DNA from: the human T2T-CHM13v2.0 reference genome, Homo sapiens
Assembly (NCBI RefSeq): GCF_009914755.1
Contig: NC_060933.1
Strand: one strand, 5' to 3'
Length of the DNA stretch: 64,000 bases
Below the pieces are notes generated by a model, which saw nothing but the letters and a program-made list of their open reading frames with translations, made no database searches and had not been told where the DNA came from. Positions 16,620 through 35,134 of the stretch are shown here, piece after piece (positions within the stretch are counted from its first letter, which is position 1; each line of letters starts with the position of its first letter). The position numbers and the translations under genes are program-made.

Positions 16620-19600
16620 TTCGGTGCCGAAAGCCCGGGATAGGGGAACTCTCTCTGGGAGACCTCTCCCCTATCCTCCCCACGCTCTTCCATCAAAGAG
16701 ACTTCCCTCGACCTCAGGACCTCAGACCAGCCCCCGCGAACACTCCCACCTCTGTCTACGGATCGGGTAAGCTGCCTCGGTCTCTCCTCATCTCTCTCCC
16801 TCTTTTTCTCTCCTCAAAATTGAGACAAGGAACCTTCCTCTTATCCATGTTTCCAAAATCCAACGTTGGTCACGGACTCTTCTTGGGAAGACAGTCTTCC
16901 CTCAGTGTTTGGTGAATGCCAGGGATGCCAGCCTTGGCCATTCGCCAGCCACACAACCCGGGACCTCCATTGGGGATGCCCACTGAGGATGCTAGTGGTT
17001 GCTCTTTTCCTTGTCTCTTTCTTTCCCCTCAAACTTTCCCAGTTCTAACATGGGCAACCTCCCACCCTCCATCTTCCCCACTGGCTTCTGTCCTCAAAAA
17101 CCTCAAACCTCTTAGCTTTCACCCAATCTAAAGCCTAAACGTCTAATTTTTTTTTTCTGTAACACGGCCTGGCCCCAATATAAATTAGACAATGGCTCTC
17201 AGCGGACAGAAAACAGCACTTTCAATTTCTCTATTTTGCGGGACTTAGACAACTTCTGTTGCAAAATGGGCAAATGGTCTGAGGTACCCTACATCCAGGC
17301 ATTTTTTACTATGATCTCTCCCTAGTCTCTGCTCCCAATGTGGTCCATCCCAAATTTTCCTTATCTCCCTTCCATCTACCTCTCCTTCTTCCACTGGGGA
17401 TGCTGACTCCTCTTTACCTGTTAACCCCTTCAATCTTTCTCCCCCCCACCCACCTATCCGAACCTGGCCCTAATTCCCCCTCAGAACCGAGTTCTACCCA
17501 CAAGCCACCCCTTTATGTCCCTCCCATTACCATCCCTCCTCACACCTGCTCTGGCTTACAATTTGACCCTGAAGCCGACCCCCATGCCCCTGCCCAGCAA
17601 TTTCCCCTTTGAGAGGTGGCAGGAGCCGAAGGAAAAGTCCAGGTTCACATCCCTTTCTCTATATCTGACCTTTCCCAAATCAGTCAGCATTCAGGCTCTT
17701 TTCCGTCAGACCCTACTCAAATATATACAAGAATTCCAATACTTAACACAGTCCTATAATCCCACTTGGAATGACTTAAATGTCATCTTCACTTTGGACC
17801 CTAGCTCAATCTTATGCTGATGACTGCTGGCGCCTTGAGCCTGGCCTCCAAGGCCAGGCACTAGGGCAGTACCCGTGAAGGCCCCAAAGGACCTACCAGG
17901 CAGGGGCCCAAGGCATAGCCAGGCAGGACTACATGATCTCTTGTTTAGTTCAAGGGCTTCAGAAAGCTGCATATAAAGCCGTGAATTATGACAAACTAAA
18001 GGAGACCACTGAGAACAAAGGTGAAAACCCAGCTCAGTTTATGGCCCATCTAGCTGCCACCCTCAGGCGATATACAGCACCAAACCCTGAAGGGACAGAA
18101 GGCCGCCTTATTCTTAACATGCATTTTATTACCCAGTCAGCTCCTAATATTAGAAAGAAACTTCAAAAATTAGAGTCTGGCCCTCAAACCCTATAACAGG
18201 AATTAATCAACCCTGCCTTCAAGGTGTTCAATAATAGGGAAGAGGCTGCCAGGCGGCAGCGCGCCTTTCAGAATGACAAATGCTTGCCTCCACCTTAAAA
18301 CAAACCCCAGCAGCACCGCCTACCTGCAAAAACTTCAAGGCGTACAAACCGCAGCGTTTAACTGCCCCTCTGGGACCTTGCTTCAAATGTCAAAAACCTG
18401 GCCACTGGGCCAAGGAATGCCCACGGCCCGGGATTCCTTCTAAGCCATGCCCCTGTGTGGGCCCTCACTGGAAGTCAGACTGTCTGACTCTCATCACCAA
18501 TCCTGGAGCTCCTGGAGTACAAACCCGAAATGACCGACTCCTTCCCAGATCTCCTCGGCTTGGCGGCTGAAGACTGACGTTGCCCGAATATCTCGGAGGC
18601 CCCCTGGACCATCACAGACGCCAAGCTTCGGGTAACTCTTACAGTGGAGGGTAAGTCCGTCCCCTTCTTAATCGATACGGGGGCTACCCACTCCACGTTA
18701 CCTTCTTTTCAAGGGCCTGTTTCCCTTGCCCCCACAACTGTTGTGCATATTGACGGCCAAGCTTCTAAACCCCTTAAAACTCCCCAACTCTGGTACCAAA
18801 TCAGGCAACACTCCTTTATGCGCTCCTTCCTAGTTATCCCCACCTGCCCAGTCCCCTTATTAGACCAAGATATTTTAACTAAATTATCCTCCTCCCTGAC
18901 TATTCCTGGACTACAGCCACATCTCAGAGCTACCCTTTTATCCAATTCCAAACCTCCCTCGCAACCTCTCCTTTCATCTCCCCACCTTAACCCTAAAGTA
19001 TGGGATACCTCCACTCCTTCGCCTGCAACTGATCATTCACCCCTTATCATCCCATTGAAACATGGCCACCCTTATCCTGCTCAATGCCAATACCCCATCC
19101 CACAACAGACTTTAAGGGGCCTAAAGCCTGTTATTACCTGTCTACTACAGCATGGCCTCTTAGTCCCTACCAACTCCCCTTACAACTCTCCCATCCTACC
19201 TATTCAAAAACCAGATAAATCCTACAGGCTAGTCCAAGACCTTCGTTTCATCAATCAGATTGTCCTCCCCATTCATCCTGTCATGCCTAACCCTTATACT
19301 CTCCTATCCTCAATACCGCCTTCCACAACTCATTATTCTGTTATTGACCTCAAAGATGCCTTCTTTACCATCCCCTTACATCCCTCTTCCCAGCCCCTTT
19401 TTGCCTTTACTTGGACTGACCCTGACACCCACCAGTCCCAACAACTCACCTGGACCGTCCTGCCCTAAGGTTTCAGAGACAGCCCACACTACTTTAGCCA
19501 GGCCCTCTCCCGTGACCTGCTTTCTTTTCGTCCATTTGTTTCCCATCTCATTCAATATGTGGATGACCTTCTTCTTTGCAGCCCCTCTTACCAATCCTCC

Positions 19601-22600
19601 CAGCAAGACACTATCCTGCTTCTTCAACACCTCTACTCCAAGGGGTACAGAGTATCCCCCTCCAAAGCTCAAATTTCTACTTATCTTGGTATAATCCTCC
19701 ACCAACATAGGTGTGCACTTCCAGCAGACCGTATTCAGCTAATCTCCAAATTCCAATCCCCACCACCAAACAACTACTCCTCTCCTTCTTAGACGTTGTT
19801 GGATACTTCTGCCTTTGGATACCAGGTTTTGCCATCCTAACCAAACCACTCTATAAACTCACAAAAGGAAACTTAGCTGAACCCACAGATCCTAAATCCT
19901 TCCCTCGCCCCTCCTTTTACTCTAAAAAAGGCCCTAGAGGCAACCCCTACTCAAGCGCTTCCCGACTCCTCCCAACCCTCCTTCCTCTCCACACAGCAAA
20001 AACGCAGGGCTGCGCTGTAGGAATTCTTACTCAGGAACCAGGCCTGTGACCAGTAGCCTTTGTATTCAAACAGCTTAATCTTACAGTCCTGGGCTGGCCG
20101 TCATGCCTGCATGCCACAGCAGCCACAGCCCTTATACTCTTAGAGTCTCTCAAAATCACAGGCTATGCCCCACTCACCTTTTATAGCACTCACAACCTCC
20201 AAGACTTAGTTTCCTCTTCACATATAAAACATACTCTCGGCTCCCCACCTCCTCCAGCTCTATTCACTCTTTATTGAAAATCTCATGGGGACCATTGCCT
20301 TTGGACAGGACTTCAACCCGGCCTCTCACTTACTACCCACTACAAATCCTAATCCACACAACTGTATTTCCTTAATCCACATAGCCTCCTCTCCTTTTCC
20401 CCATATTTCCCTTTTTCCTGTCCCTGACCCAGACCACACTTGGTTTATTGATGGCAGTTCTTCAAAAACCAGTTGATTAACACCAGGAAAAGCTGGATAG
20501 GCCATTGTGTCTCACTCAGCTATCACTGAAACTGCTGCACTCTCCCCATTTACAACCTCTCAACAAGCTGAATTAATAGCACTAACTCATGCCCTAACTC
20601 TTGGCAAAGGACTGCATGTTAATATCTAATTGACTCTAAATACGCCCTTCACATCCTCCACCGCCACCCTGTCAACTGGGCAGAAAGAGGTTTTCTCACT
20701 ACACAAGGATCCTCTATTATCAATGCCCCCTTAATAAAGCCCTCCTTAAAGCTGCCCTCCTTCCAGCCAAAGCCAGAGTAATCCACTGCAAAGGACACCA
20801 AAAAACCTCTGATCCCATTGCCCAAGGAAACACCTATGCCAATAAAACAGCCAAAGAAACAGCAAACTCCCCAGTATCTGCTCCCAGTGGCCAATATTTC
20901 TCCTTCTCATCTATCACTCCTATTACTCTCCTTCTGAAACCTTAAACTACCAGTCACTTCCCACTCAAGGCAACTGGTTTTTAGATCATGGAAAGCTCCT
21001 TCTCCCTGCCTCTCAAGCTTACTCTATCCTCTCCTCCTTTGATGACCACTTCCATGTAGGATATAAATCTTTAACCCACCTTTTAGAACCTCTCATTTCT
21101 TTTCCAGCCTGGAAATCCATCCTCAAAACAATCACCTCTCAATGGGCTATAATGCCACTCTACTACCCCATCAAGGCTTTCTTAAACCTCCTCCTTTCCT
21201 TATGCATCAAGCACGACAATTTATCCCTGCTCAAGATTGGCAAATTGACTCTACTCTTATGCCCCGTGTCTGGAAACTCAAATACCTCCTGGTTTGGGTC
21301 GACACCTTCATCAGATGGGTTGAGGCTTTTCCCACGGGGTCTGAAGGCTGAAAAGGCCACTGCAGTTATTTCCTTCTTCTAACAGACATAATTCCCCGGT
21401 TTGGTCTCCCTACTTCCATACAGTCTGATAATGGGCTGGTCTTCATCAGCCAAATCACTCAAGCAGTTTCCCAAGCCCTCGGTATTCAATGGAATCTTCA
21501 TGCCCCATATCACCCTCAGTTCTCTGGAAAAGTAGAAAAAGCCAAGGACCTTTTAAAAACACACCTTACTAAACTTACCCTCCAGCTTAAAAAAGACTGG
21601 ACCACTCTCCTACCCCTTGCACTCCTCCGAATTCGAGCCACACCCTGGGAACCCACCGGGTACAGTCCATTTGAACTCTTACACGGCCGCACCTTTCTGC
21701 TGGGTCCCAACCTTATTTCAGACACCACCCCTCTTGGTGATTATCTTCCAGTCCTTCAACAGGCTAGACAGGAAATCCACTAAGCTGCCAATTTCCTTTT
21801 ACCTACTCCAGATACCCAGCCATATAAAGACACCCTAGCCAGACGGTCAGTTCTCGTTAAGAACCTGACCCCTCAAACTCTAGAACCTCAGTGGACAGGA
21901 CCTTACCTGGTCGTCTATAGTACCCCAACCACAGTCGTCTGCAGAATCCTCCCCACTGGGTTCATCGCTCCAGGATAAAACTGTGCCCATCAGACGACCA
22001 GCCTAGCTCCTCTGCCTCCTCCTGAAGTCGCAAGTACTCTCCCCCACTTCCCTTAAACTTACCCACATTCCTGAAAAAGAACAATAACCCTGTATACCTT
22101 TTATTTACAGTAGGCCTTTACACAGTCACCCCAGTATTTAAACTCTGTCTACTTATGTCCCTACTAACCATTCTCACGTACTTCTAAATGCCCTGCTTTT
22201 GTCTATACTACCAGTTCACGCTTTTACTCCAGACCATTGTAGCTGATATCTCGTGGTGTCACCCTCAAGCTGCCACCCTTAACTCTCTCAGAATGGACAG
22301 ATGACCTTCTGTGGCAAGGTACTCTCCAATTCTTCCACCCTGATGAAGTTCTTTTCTTTTATACTTACTCTTTGTCTCACTCCCATTCCCTTGCCACCCT
22401 CTACCCCTCCATCTAATTATCTCCAGCAAACCATCAACCTCACCCACTCCCTCCTCACCATCTCCAATCCTTCCTTAGCCAGAGATTGTTGGCTATGTAT
22501 TTCCTTCTCTTCCTCCTACTACACAGCTGTCCCTGCCCTGCCAGCTGACTCAGCAACCTCCCCCATCTCCCTACACCTCTGAACCTCTTTCAATGATCCC

Positions 22601-22710
22601 CACCTTTACCCTCCCAAACAACTTCTTTACTTCCTAGAAAAATACAGCAAAAACTCCCTGATATCTAATACCAACAAGCTGCTGCTCTCCTCCGTACCTA
22701 CCTACAAAAA
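16620..22710 (+). mobile_element. HERV-F-type (HERVFH21/HERV-H-related) internal region: defective gag-pro-pol-env, 3'-truncated, no 3' LTR
   Basis: Gag MGNLPPS (ATG 17050), MHR KGENPAQF, zinc knuckle CFKCQKPGHWAKEC; protease LIDTGA; RT DLKDAFF, LP*G and YVDD; RNase H WFIDGSS; integrase WQID and WVEAFP; env CWLC. Confidence 0.92.
16621..16641 (+). other. Primer-binding site complementary to tRNA-Phe
   Basis: TCGGTGCCGAAAGCCCGGGAT versus the expected TGGTGCCGAAACCCGGGAT. Confidence 0.8.
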
Positions 22711-23557
22711 CAATTCCTTTACCTCAGCAAGCAGTCACAGAAAGCTTTCATCAGATTACAATCAACAACCCCATAAAATGTGCCTTTTCTAGTTTTCTAA
22801 TACCTGCCAAGAAAATAATTCCCTACCAATCAAAAACCAAGCAAACAACCCATTTGCATTAGACTAGAGGAAAGTGGGAGGCTCTGATATGAGCTTATTT
22901 CTTCAAACTTGCCATCAAGAATGGAAGTCAGGATACTTGGTTTATATTATTATTATTACTATTTTTGAGATGGTCTCACTCTGTCATCCAGGCTGAATTG
23001 CAGTGGTGTGAACACGGCTCATTACAGCCTCAACCTCCTAGGATCAAGGGATCCTCCTGCCTCCGCCACCTGTGTAGCTGGGACTACAGGTTCACGCTAG
23101 TGCCAGGTTTATTTTTATTTCTTGTAAACACGGGGTCTCACTACATTGCCCAGGCTAGTCTCATATGCCTAGGCTCAAGCAATCCTCCCTTCTTGGCCTC
23201 CCAAAGTGTTAGGATTACAGGCATGAGCCACTAAACCTGGCCAATTTCTAATTTTAGGGTTAGAACTAAAGATTTTAAAGATCACTTCCAGCTGTAGGAT
23301 TCCTGGACACTACTTCTCCTTATCTGTTTCCAAGACAAATAATGTAATCACCAAACTAGCTTAGGGATAACATAAGGTGCTCCCTTACATTAAAAAATCA
23401 CAAAAGTAAAAAACTTAACTGTTAAAGTAAAAAAACACAAAAAGATCCAGAAATGGAAACAAGAATGGAAGATGGAAGATATTTCCCTTGCTCTACTTTC
23501 CCCACACTGTGTCATTTTATAAGCCAAAATGCTATTTCCAGCAATAAATTCATTTAA

Positions 23558-23782
<225 letters not shown>

Positions 23783-24049
23783 TGAACTCCTGACCTCAGG
23801 TGATCTGCCTGCCTCAGCCTTTGAAAGTGCTGGGATTACAGGCATGAGCCACCATGCCCGGCCTAAACAATTATTTAATAACATTTTCAGGAGCAAAGAA
23901 TATACACTTAATAAAAACAACCATAAAATGCCGGTCTTCTTTGATGACTCCCAGGGAATTCACTGTATTTGAAATCATACATTCATCAAATATTTAGTTG
24001 GCCTGTTCCCGGATTATCCATACACAAGGAAATCAATGATCCTTCATCT

Positions 24050-24054
24050 TCATT
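24050..24054 (-). CDS. SPTLC1: Coding start of an alternative terminal exon giving a truncated 143-aa SPTLC1 isoform (...GTFE-stop)
   Basis: Minus strand reads TTTTTTATCTTTCTAG|AATGA. The final G of exon 5 plus AA gives Glu, then TGA. Agrees with my recollection of a short annotated isoform. Confidence 0.7.
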
Positions 24055-24480
24055 CTAGAAAGATAAAAAACTACACTGTTTATCCCCCCTCCCTCCACCC
24101 CAGGCAATCTGCTCTCCACTTTCTTCCTAGAGCTGTTTCTCAGCCCCCTGCGTGGCTAGTCATGGCAGGGGTTCCGCTCTCATCAGTGGACTGTGGGCAG
24201 AAGTATGAGGCCATCTCCCCTGCATAAAGAGTACTGCTGCTCTGCACTCGTTCCTCACGCTGCAATCCCCACACATGCACACGAGGATGAGCCCACCATG
24301 CCCGGCTAATTTTATTATTTTTTGTAGAGACAGGGTCTCCCTATATTGCCCATGCTGGTATCAAATTCCTGGGCTCAAGGAATCCTCCCACCTCAGCCTC
24401 CCCAAAGTGCTGGGAGTACAGGTGTGAGCCACCATGCCCAGCCTAAAATTGAATCTTAACTATTGAAAGCAGTAGTCTCA

Positions 24481-24624
<144 letters not shown>

Positions 24625-25026
24625 TCAAAACAAACATTTCCTATTCTTTAACCCACAGAGCTCCTTCCTTCCTCCTCCAACTCTAACAGAATATAAAGAA
24701 GAGACAGGTGTAAAGACTGAGTATATGACTTAAAATATGGAAAAGTTATACTAGCCTGATTCTCAAAACCTGGTTAACTTTTCTGCATTTGTGGGCCAAG
24801 TCTTTCCTGGAAAATGCCTGTTAGCCCACAATCCCAATAGGAGAGAGAGCAATTTCCTAGACCCTTCTCCAACTATTCTCTAGGTCTGGCCTGTTCAGTT
24901 CTGTGGTTGCTGCCTAACACTGAGCCACATAAGAGACTCTTGCCTCTCTCTGTCTAGGTCCCGCTCACAACTCTGTCAGACAAAAAGTAATGGGAAAAAC
25001 TTGCATAGCGCTTTCCAATACTATGA

Positions 25027-25246
<220 letters not shown>

Positions 25247-25339
25247 TAAACTCCTGACCTGAAGTGATCCACCACGCCCAGCCTGCCTTTGTCTTTTATG
25301 TCTAGTTTCTTAAATCAGTAATGTTATCTGTCCACTTCA

Positions 25340-25477
<138 letters not shown>

Positions 25478-26944
25478 TCAATTACACATTCATGTTACAT
25501 GCTATCATATTACCTTGGTGGTAGGCACAACAACATAGTGTTGTCATCCTACCCTATTTGCATACTGGTCTTTGATTTCTTGTTTTTAAGAAGTAATATT
25601 AGAGCATGGTACATTAAAAATAAGATATTTTTCCATTAATTTTATTTTTAATAAAATACCTGTACTATGAAAATAAAAAAGAAAAATAAGCTAGAATTCC
25701 AAGATGAATGAATGGCAAATCTTAAATGCTTTGGTTTTAAAACTCGCTTAAGAATGAAGCTGCTAAATAAAGTATCTCAGAAAAATCTGGAATAAGCCAA
25801 ACAGGAAGAAAATATAAAATAAGATCAAAGGCAAGAATAGGCAGAGTGAGTTATGATCTTGCATAGTTAAACGGCTTAAAAAGAAATGTCATGTATAGGA
25901 AGCCACTAAAGAGTAAGTGGGATATGTTCCCAATGTCTAAAGTTAACGCTGGAATGCTGTTGAAGAGGAATCCTCACACTCCTGGGGAGCGGGGAGAATG
26001 TGGGTGGCAGCTACACTGGAGCCGGATATGAGCCCGGCTGGGACAGGAGAATGGGCTCCTGAAGGTACTTCCGTTAAGCCCTCTGCTGATCTATATTCGA
26101 GCCATGAGCCATGTTTCAAAATCATGGGCTCAAATTATGGGTTGCAAACTGTTAAAGGGCTGTGAGACCAAGTTAGTTGGTCACAATCAGCCTATTTTAA
26201 CCAGAGGAAACAGTAAAACAAAATAGAACGGAAAAGAAAATATCAGAACCATGGCACAGGGTGAGTGATGGGACTATGTATCTGTACTGGTCCATGTACT
26301 GGGTTGCTCTATAAAATGCACTGTAGCCAGAAAAAATGGAGAAACACTATTCTCATTGATACCTTTTAACAGCATTGGTCATCCTTGAGAAAACACAGAT
26401 GCTGGGAAACCAGGAAAAGAAAAGAATGACAACTTGAAGTAAATTCATGAAAGCGAACTAACTTATAAAAAAGGCAAGAAGACTCAGTGAAAAAACCATG
26501 GGTTATAGAGTCTGTCAGAGAGATCCCCTCTGTATTATGGCTATTGACGATTCAGAAGCTTAGGGACATCACTGACCTCTGTGATTCTCAGTTTCTTCAT
26601 CATTAAAGTAGGGGAGAGTCTACCTCTCAGGGAAATTGCTATTATGAAAGTGCCTGGCTCATAAGAGGTGCTCTCCAAATATTTTCTTTCTTCTTCCCTA
26701 AGGCTTCAAGGGCTTCTCTATTTTATTTTATTTTATTATTATTATACTCTAAGTTTTAGGGTACATGTGCACAATGTGCAGGTTAGTTACATATCTATAC
26801 ATGTGACATGCTGGTGTGCTGCACCCATTAACTTGTCATTTAGCATTAGGTATATCTCCTAATGCTATCCCTCCCCCTCCCCCCACCCCACAACAGTCCC
26901 CAGAGTGTGATGTTCCCCTTCCTGTGTCCATGTGTTCTCAGTGT

Positions 26945-30771
<3,827 letters not shown>

Positions 30772-30834
30772 TATGATGTTAGCTGGTTATTTTGCTCGTT
30801 AGTTGATGCAGTTTCTTCCTAGTCTGGATGGTCT

Positions 30835-31851
30835 TTACATTTTGGCATGATTTTGCAGTGACTGGTACCGGTTGTTCCTTTCCATGTTTAATGCTTCCTT
30901 CAGGAGCTCTTTTAGGGCAGGCCTGGTGGTGACAAAATCTCTCAGCATTTGCTTGTCTGTAAAGTATTTTATTTCTCCTTCACTTACGAAGCTTAGTTTG
31001 GCTGGATATGAAATTCTGGGTTGAAAATTCTTTTCTTTAAGAATGTTGAATATTGGTCCCCACTCTCTTCTGGCTTGTAGAGTTTCTGCTGAGAGATCAG
31101 CTGTTAGTCTGATGGGCTTCCCTTTGTGGGTAACCCAACCTTTCTCTCTGGCTGCCCTTAACATTTTTTCCTTCATTTCAACTTTGGTGAATCTGACAAT
31201 TATGTGTCTTGGAGTTGCTCTTCTCAAGGAGTATCTTTGTGGTGTTCTCTGTATTTCCTGAATCTGAATGTTGGCCTGCCTTGCTAGATTGGGGAAGTTC
31301 TCCTGGATAATATCCTGCAGAGTGTTTTCCAACTTGGTTCCATTCTCCCCGTCACTTTCAGGTGCACCAATCAGACGTAGATTTGGTCTTTTCACATAGT
31401 CCCATATTTCTTGGAGGCTTTGTTTGTTTCTTTTTATTCTTTTTTCTCTAAACTTCCCTTCTCACTTCATTTCATTCATTTCATCTTCCATCGCTGATAC
31501 CCTTTCTTCCAGTTGATCGCATCAGCTCCTGAGGCTTCTGCATTCTTCACATAGTTCTCGAGCCTTGGCTTTCAGCTCCATCAGCTCCTTTAAGCACTTC
31601 TCTGTATTGGTTATTCTAGTTATACATTCGTCTAAATTTTTTTCAAAGTTTTTAACTTCTTTGCCTTTGGTTTGAATTTCCTCCTGTAGCTCAGAGTAGT
31701 TTGATCGTCTGAAGCCTTCTTCTCTCAACTCGTCAAAGTCATTCTCCATCCAGCTTTGTTCCATTGCTTGTGAGGAACTGCGTTCCTTTGGAGGAGGAGA
31801 GGCTCTCTGCTTTTTAGAGTTTCCAGTTTTTCTGCTCTGTTTTTTCCCCAT
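30835..31851 (-). pseudogene. L1 ORF1p (RNA-binding chaperone) with a premature stop
   Basis: MGKKQSRKTGNSK...RNNRYQSLQNHAKM; in-frame TGA at 31524-31522. Confidence 0.93.
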
Positions 31852-32434
31852 CTTTGTGGTTTTATCTACTTTTGGTCTTTGATGATGGTGATGTACAGAT
31901 GGGTTTTTGGTGTGCATGTCCTTTCTGTTTGTTAGTTTTCCTTCTAACAGACAGGACCCTCAGCTGCAGGTCTGTTGGAGTTTGCTAGAGGTCCACTCCA
32001 GACCCTATTTGCCTGGCTATCAGCAGCAGTGGCTGCAGAACAGCGGATTTTCGTGAACCGCGAATGCTGCTGTCTGATCGTTCCTCTGGAAGTTTTGTCT
32101 CAGAGGAGTACCCAGCCGTGTGAGGTGTCAGTCTGCCCCTACTGGGGGGTGCCTCCCAGTTAGGCTGCTCAGGGGTCAGGGGTCAGGGACCCACTTGAGG
32201 AGGCAGTCTGCCCGTTCTCAGATCTCCAGCTGCGTGCTGGGAGAACCACTGCTCTCTTCAAAGCTGTTAGACAGGGACATTTAAGTCTGCAGAGGTTACT
32301 GCTGTCTTTTTGTTTGTCTGTGCCCTGCCCCCAGAGGTGGAGCCTACAGAGGCAGGCAGACCTCCTTGAGCTGTGGTGGGCTCCACCCAGTTCGAGCTTC
32401 CCGGCTGCTTTGTTTACCTAAGCAAGCCTGGGCA

Positions 32435-33001
32435 ATGGCGGGCGCCCCTCTCCCGGCCTCGCTGCCGCCTTGCAGTTTGATCTCAGATTGCTGTGCTAGC
32501 AATCAGCGAGACTGTGTGGGCGTAGGACCCTCCGAGCCAGGTGAGGGATATAATCTCCTGGTGGGCCGTTTTTTAAGCGTGTCGGAAAAGCGCAGTATTA
32601 GGGTGGGAGTGACCCAATTTTTCAGGTGCCGTCTGTCACCCCTTTCTTTGACTAGGAAAGGGAACTCCCTGACCCCTTGCGCTTCCCAAGTAAGGCAATG
32701 CCTCACCCTGCTTCAGCTCGCACATGGTGCGCTGCACCCACTGTCCTGCGCCCACTGTCTGGCACTCCCTAGTGAGATGAACCCAGTACCTCAGATGGAA
32801 ATGCAGAAATCACCCGTCTTCTGCGTCGCTCACGCTGGGAGCTGTAGACCGGAGCTGTTCCTATTCGGCTATCTTGGCTGCCCTCCGGGCTTCTCTTTCA
32901 AATCCAGTGCCACTCACCTCCTCAACTGTGATTCTGATTTTATCATGTTATTCAGGTTCTTACTTCTCAAGGTTTCCTTAAGTTTCCTAAGTCCTCCCTG
33001 A
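32435..33001 (+). CDS. L1 ORF0 (antisense 5' UTR ORF), open beyond the element
   Basis: MAGAPLPASLPPCSLISDCCASNQRD matches the ORF0 N-terminus; no stop until 33001. Confidence 0.5.
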   Translation: MAGAPLPASLPPCSLISDCCASNQRDCVGVGPSEPGEGYNLLVGRFLSVSEKRSIRVGVTQFFRCRLSPLSLTRKGNSLTPCASQVRQCLTLLQLAHGALHPLSCAHCLALPSEMNPVPQMEMQKSPVFCVAHAGSCRPELFLFGYLGCPPGFSFKSSATHLLNCDSDFIMLFRFLLLKVSLSFLSPP

Positions 33002-33600
33002 TTTCATAGTCAGGTATTGGCAGTCACAAAAAGATTAAAAACAAAAAACAAACAACAAACAAATACCGAGATAGACCACCCATGTACCAAAGGTGCCATA
33101 AACGTTGAGACCATTCTATAAAAACTGTAATACACAGAAAACAAATGATTAAGAACAAGTATATCCAAAACACTTAACCACAGCTCAAAAGCTATCAGAA
33201 GGCAGCATGATGTGATGTAGGGATACTATTTCTGTCCAGCACTTGGAGTAGCGAAGGAACAAACTTTCCGGTGAGAAATGGAAGTCTCAGACCTGTGCCC
33301 CATGCAGGCTAGCAGGAATAGGTCATAATGGGCACTTGATACAGGAATCCTGGAACCTAAAATCTTATAGGGTATGCTGCAGAAGCAAGTAAAACCAACC
33401 AGAAAGACATCTCCACAATCGAGACCTGAGAGGACTCAAAAGAGAGAAAACAACTTTCCCAATCAAAAACCACAACCCCACCATGAGTGAGAGTCAGGAT
33501 ACAAGACATGCAGAAGGGCCACTGCCCAAGAACGCGAGACGCTGGACACTAGAAAGTGCTCCCAAGAGCATAAACATAAGGAAAGGTTAAAAAGTTACTA

Positions 33601-33920
<320 letters not shown>

Positions 33921-34807
33921 GACAGGCTAACTTGCTAAATAGTCAAATATAACTTCCAGAAATAAAATCTAAGAGCCAATAAAATTAGAAATCTAAAAGA
34001 TAGATTAAATACCCCATCAGACACTGCAGAAAAATGAAAGACAGAGCTGAGATTACCAAGAGATGCAAAAATATGAAAGAGTACATACTGAACGTAGAGG
34101 ATATGAAGGTTAAAAGTACACTAAACATTAGCTCTACAGGGAAAAACTGGAGGAAAAAAGTGAGAGACAATGTTTGAACAGATAAAAGCTAAAAAATTCC
34201 CAGAATTCATGGGAGACAGAAATCCACAGACTGAAGTACAAAAATGAATCCCAAGTAGGATAAATATGAATAAATTACAAGAAGACACATGACAGTGAAA
34301 CTGTAGAATTTTAGAGAAAAATAATTGTGAAAGCCACTAGAAAAAACAGAAGATGAACAATAATTAGACTGACACAGTCTCCCCATAACACAGGCCAGGC
34401 CATGATGAAGAAATTCTCCAAGGCTGCAGGGCAAATAATGATCCACTTAGAACCTGTTACCCACTAACTGTCATCCAAGGAGGTAAAATAAAAACATTTC
34501 TCATTAAGAGATACAGATTACCTTCTCTGAATCTCTACATAACAATCTAATAGAGAATATATTTTAGAAAAAGAAATTTTAAGCGCAAAGAAGCTGCACG
34601 GATAAAGAAAGAAATACCTAAAGACTGGCAATAAGAAAGTGGTAAATAGGTAAAGAAGGTGATTCTCAAATATAATAATCCTGGAGGATACAAAATAAGT
34701 GGAGGTCAAATATCAGACATCAAGAAAGGGGGAGTGGGGATGGGGAACAACTGAAGTAGGAGTCTAGTAAGTCCCTGTACTGCTCAGTAAGGAAGAGAGG
34801 AAGATTA

Positions 34808-35134
<327 letters not shown>

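Noticed and set aside
18644-19468. 274-aa protease/RT ORF as a domesticated gene
   Set aside because: It starts at GTG, ends at a stop within LPQG before YVDD, and the surrounding gag and pol have many stops and frameshifts.
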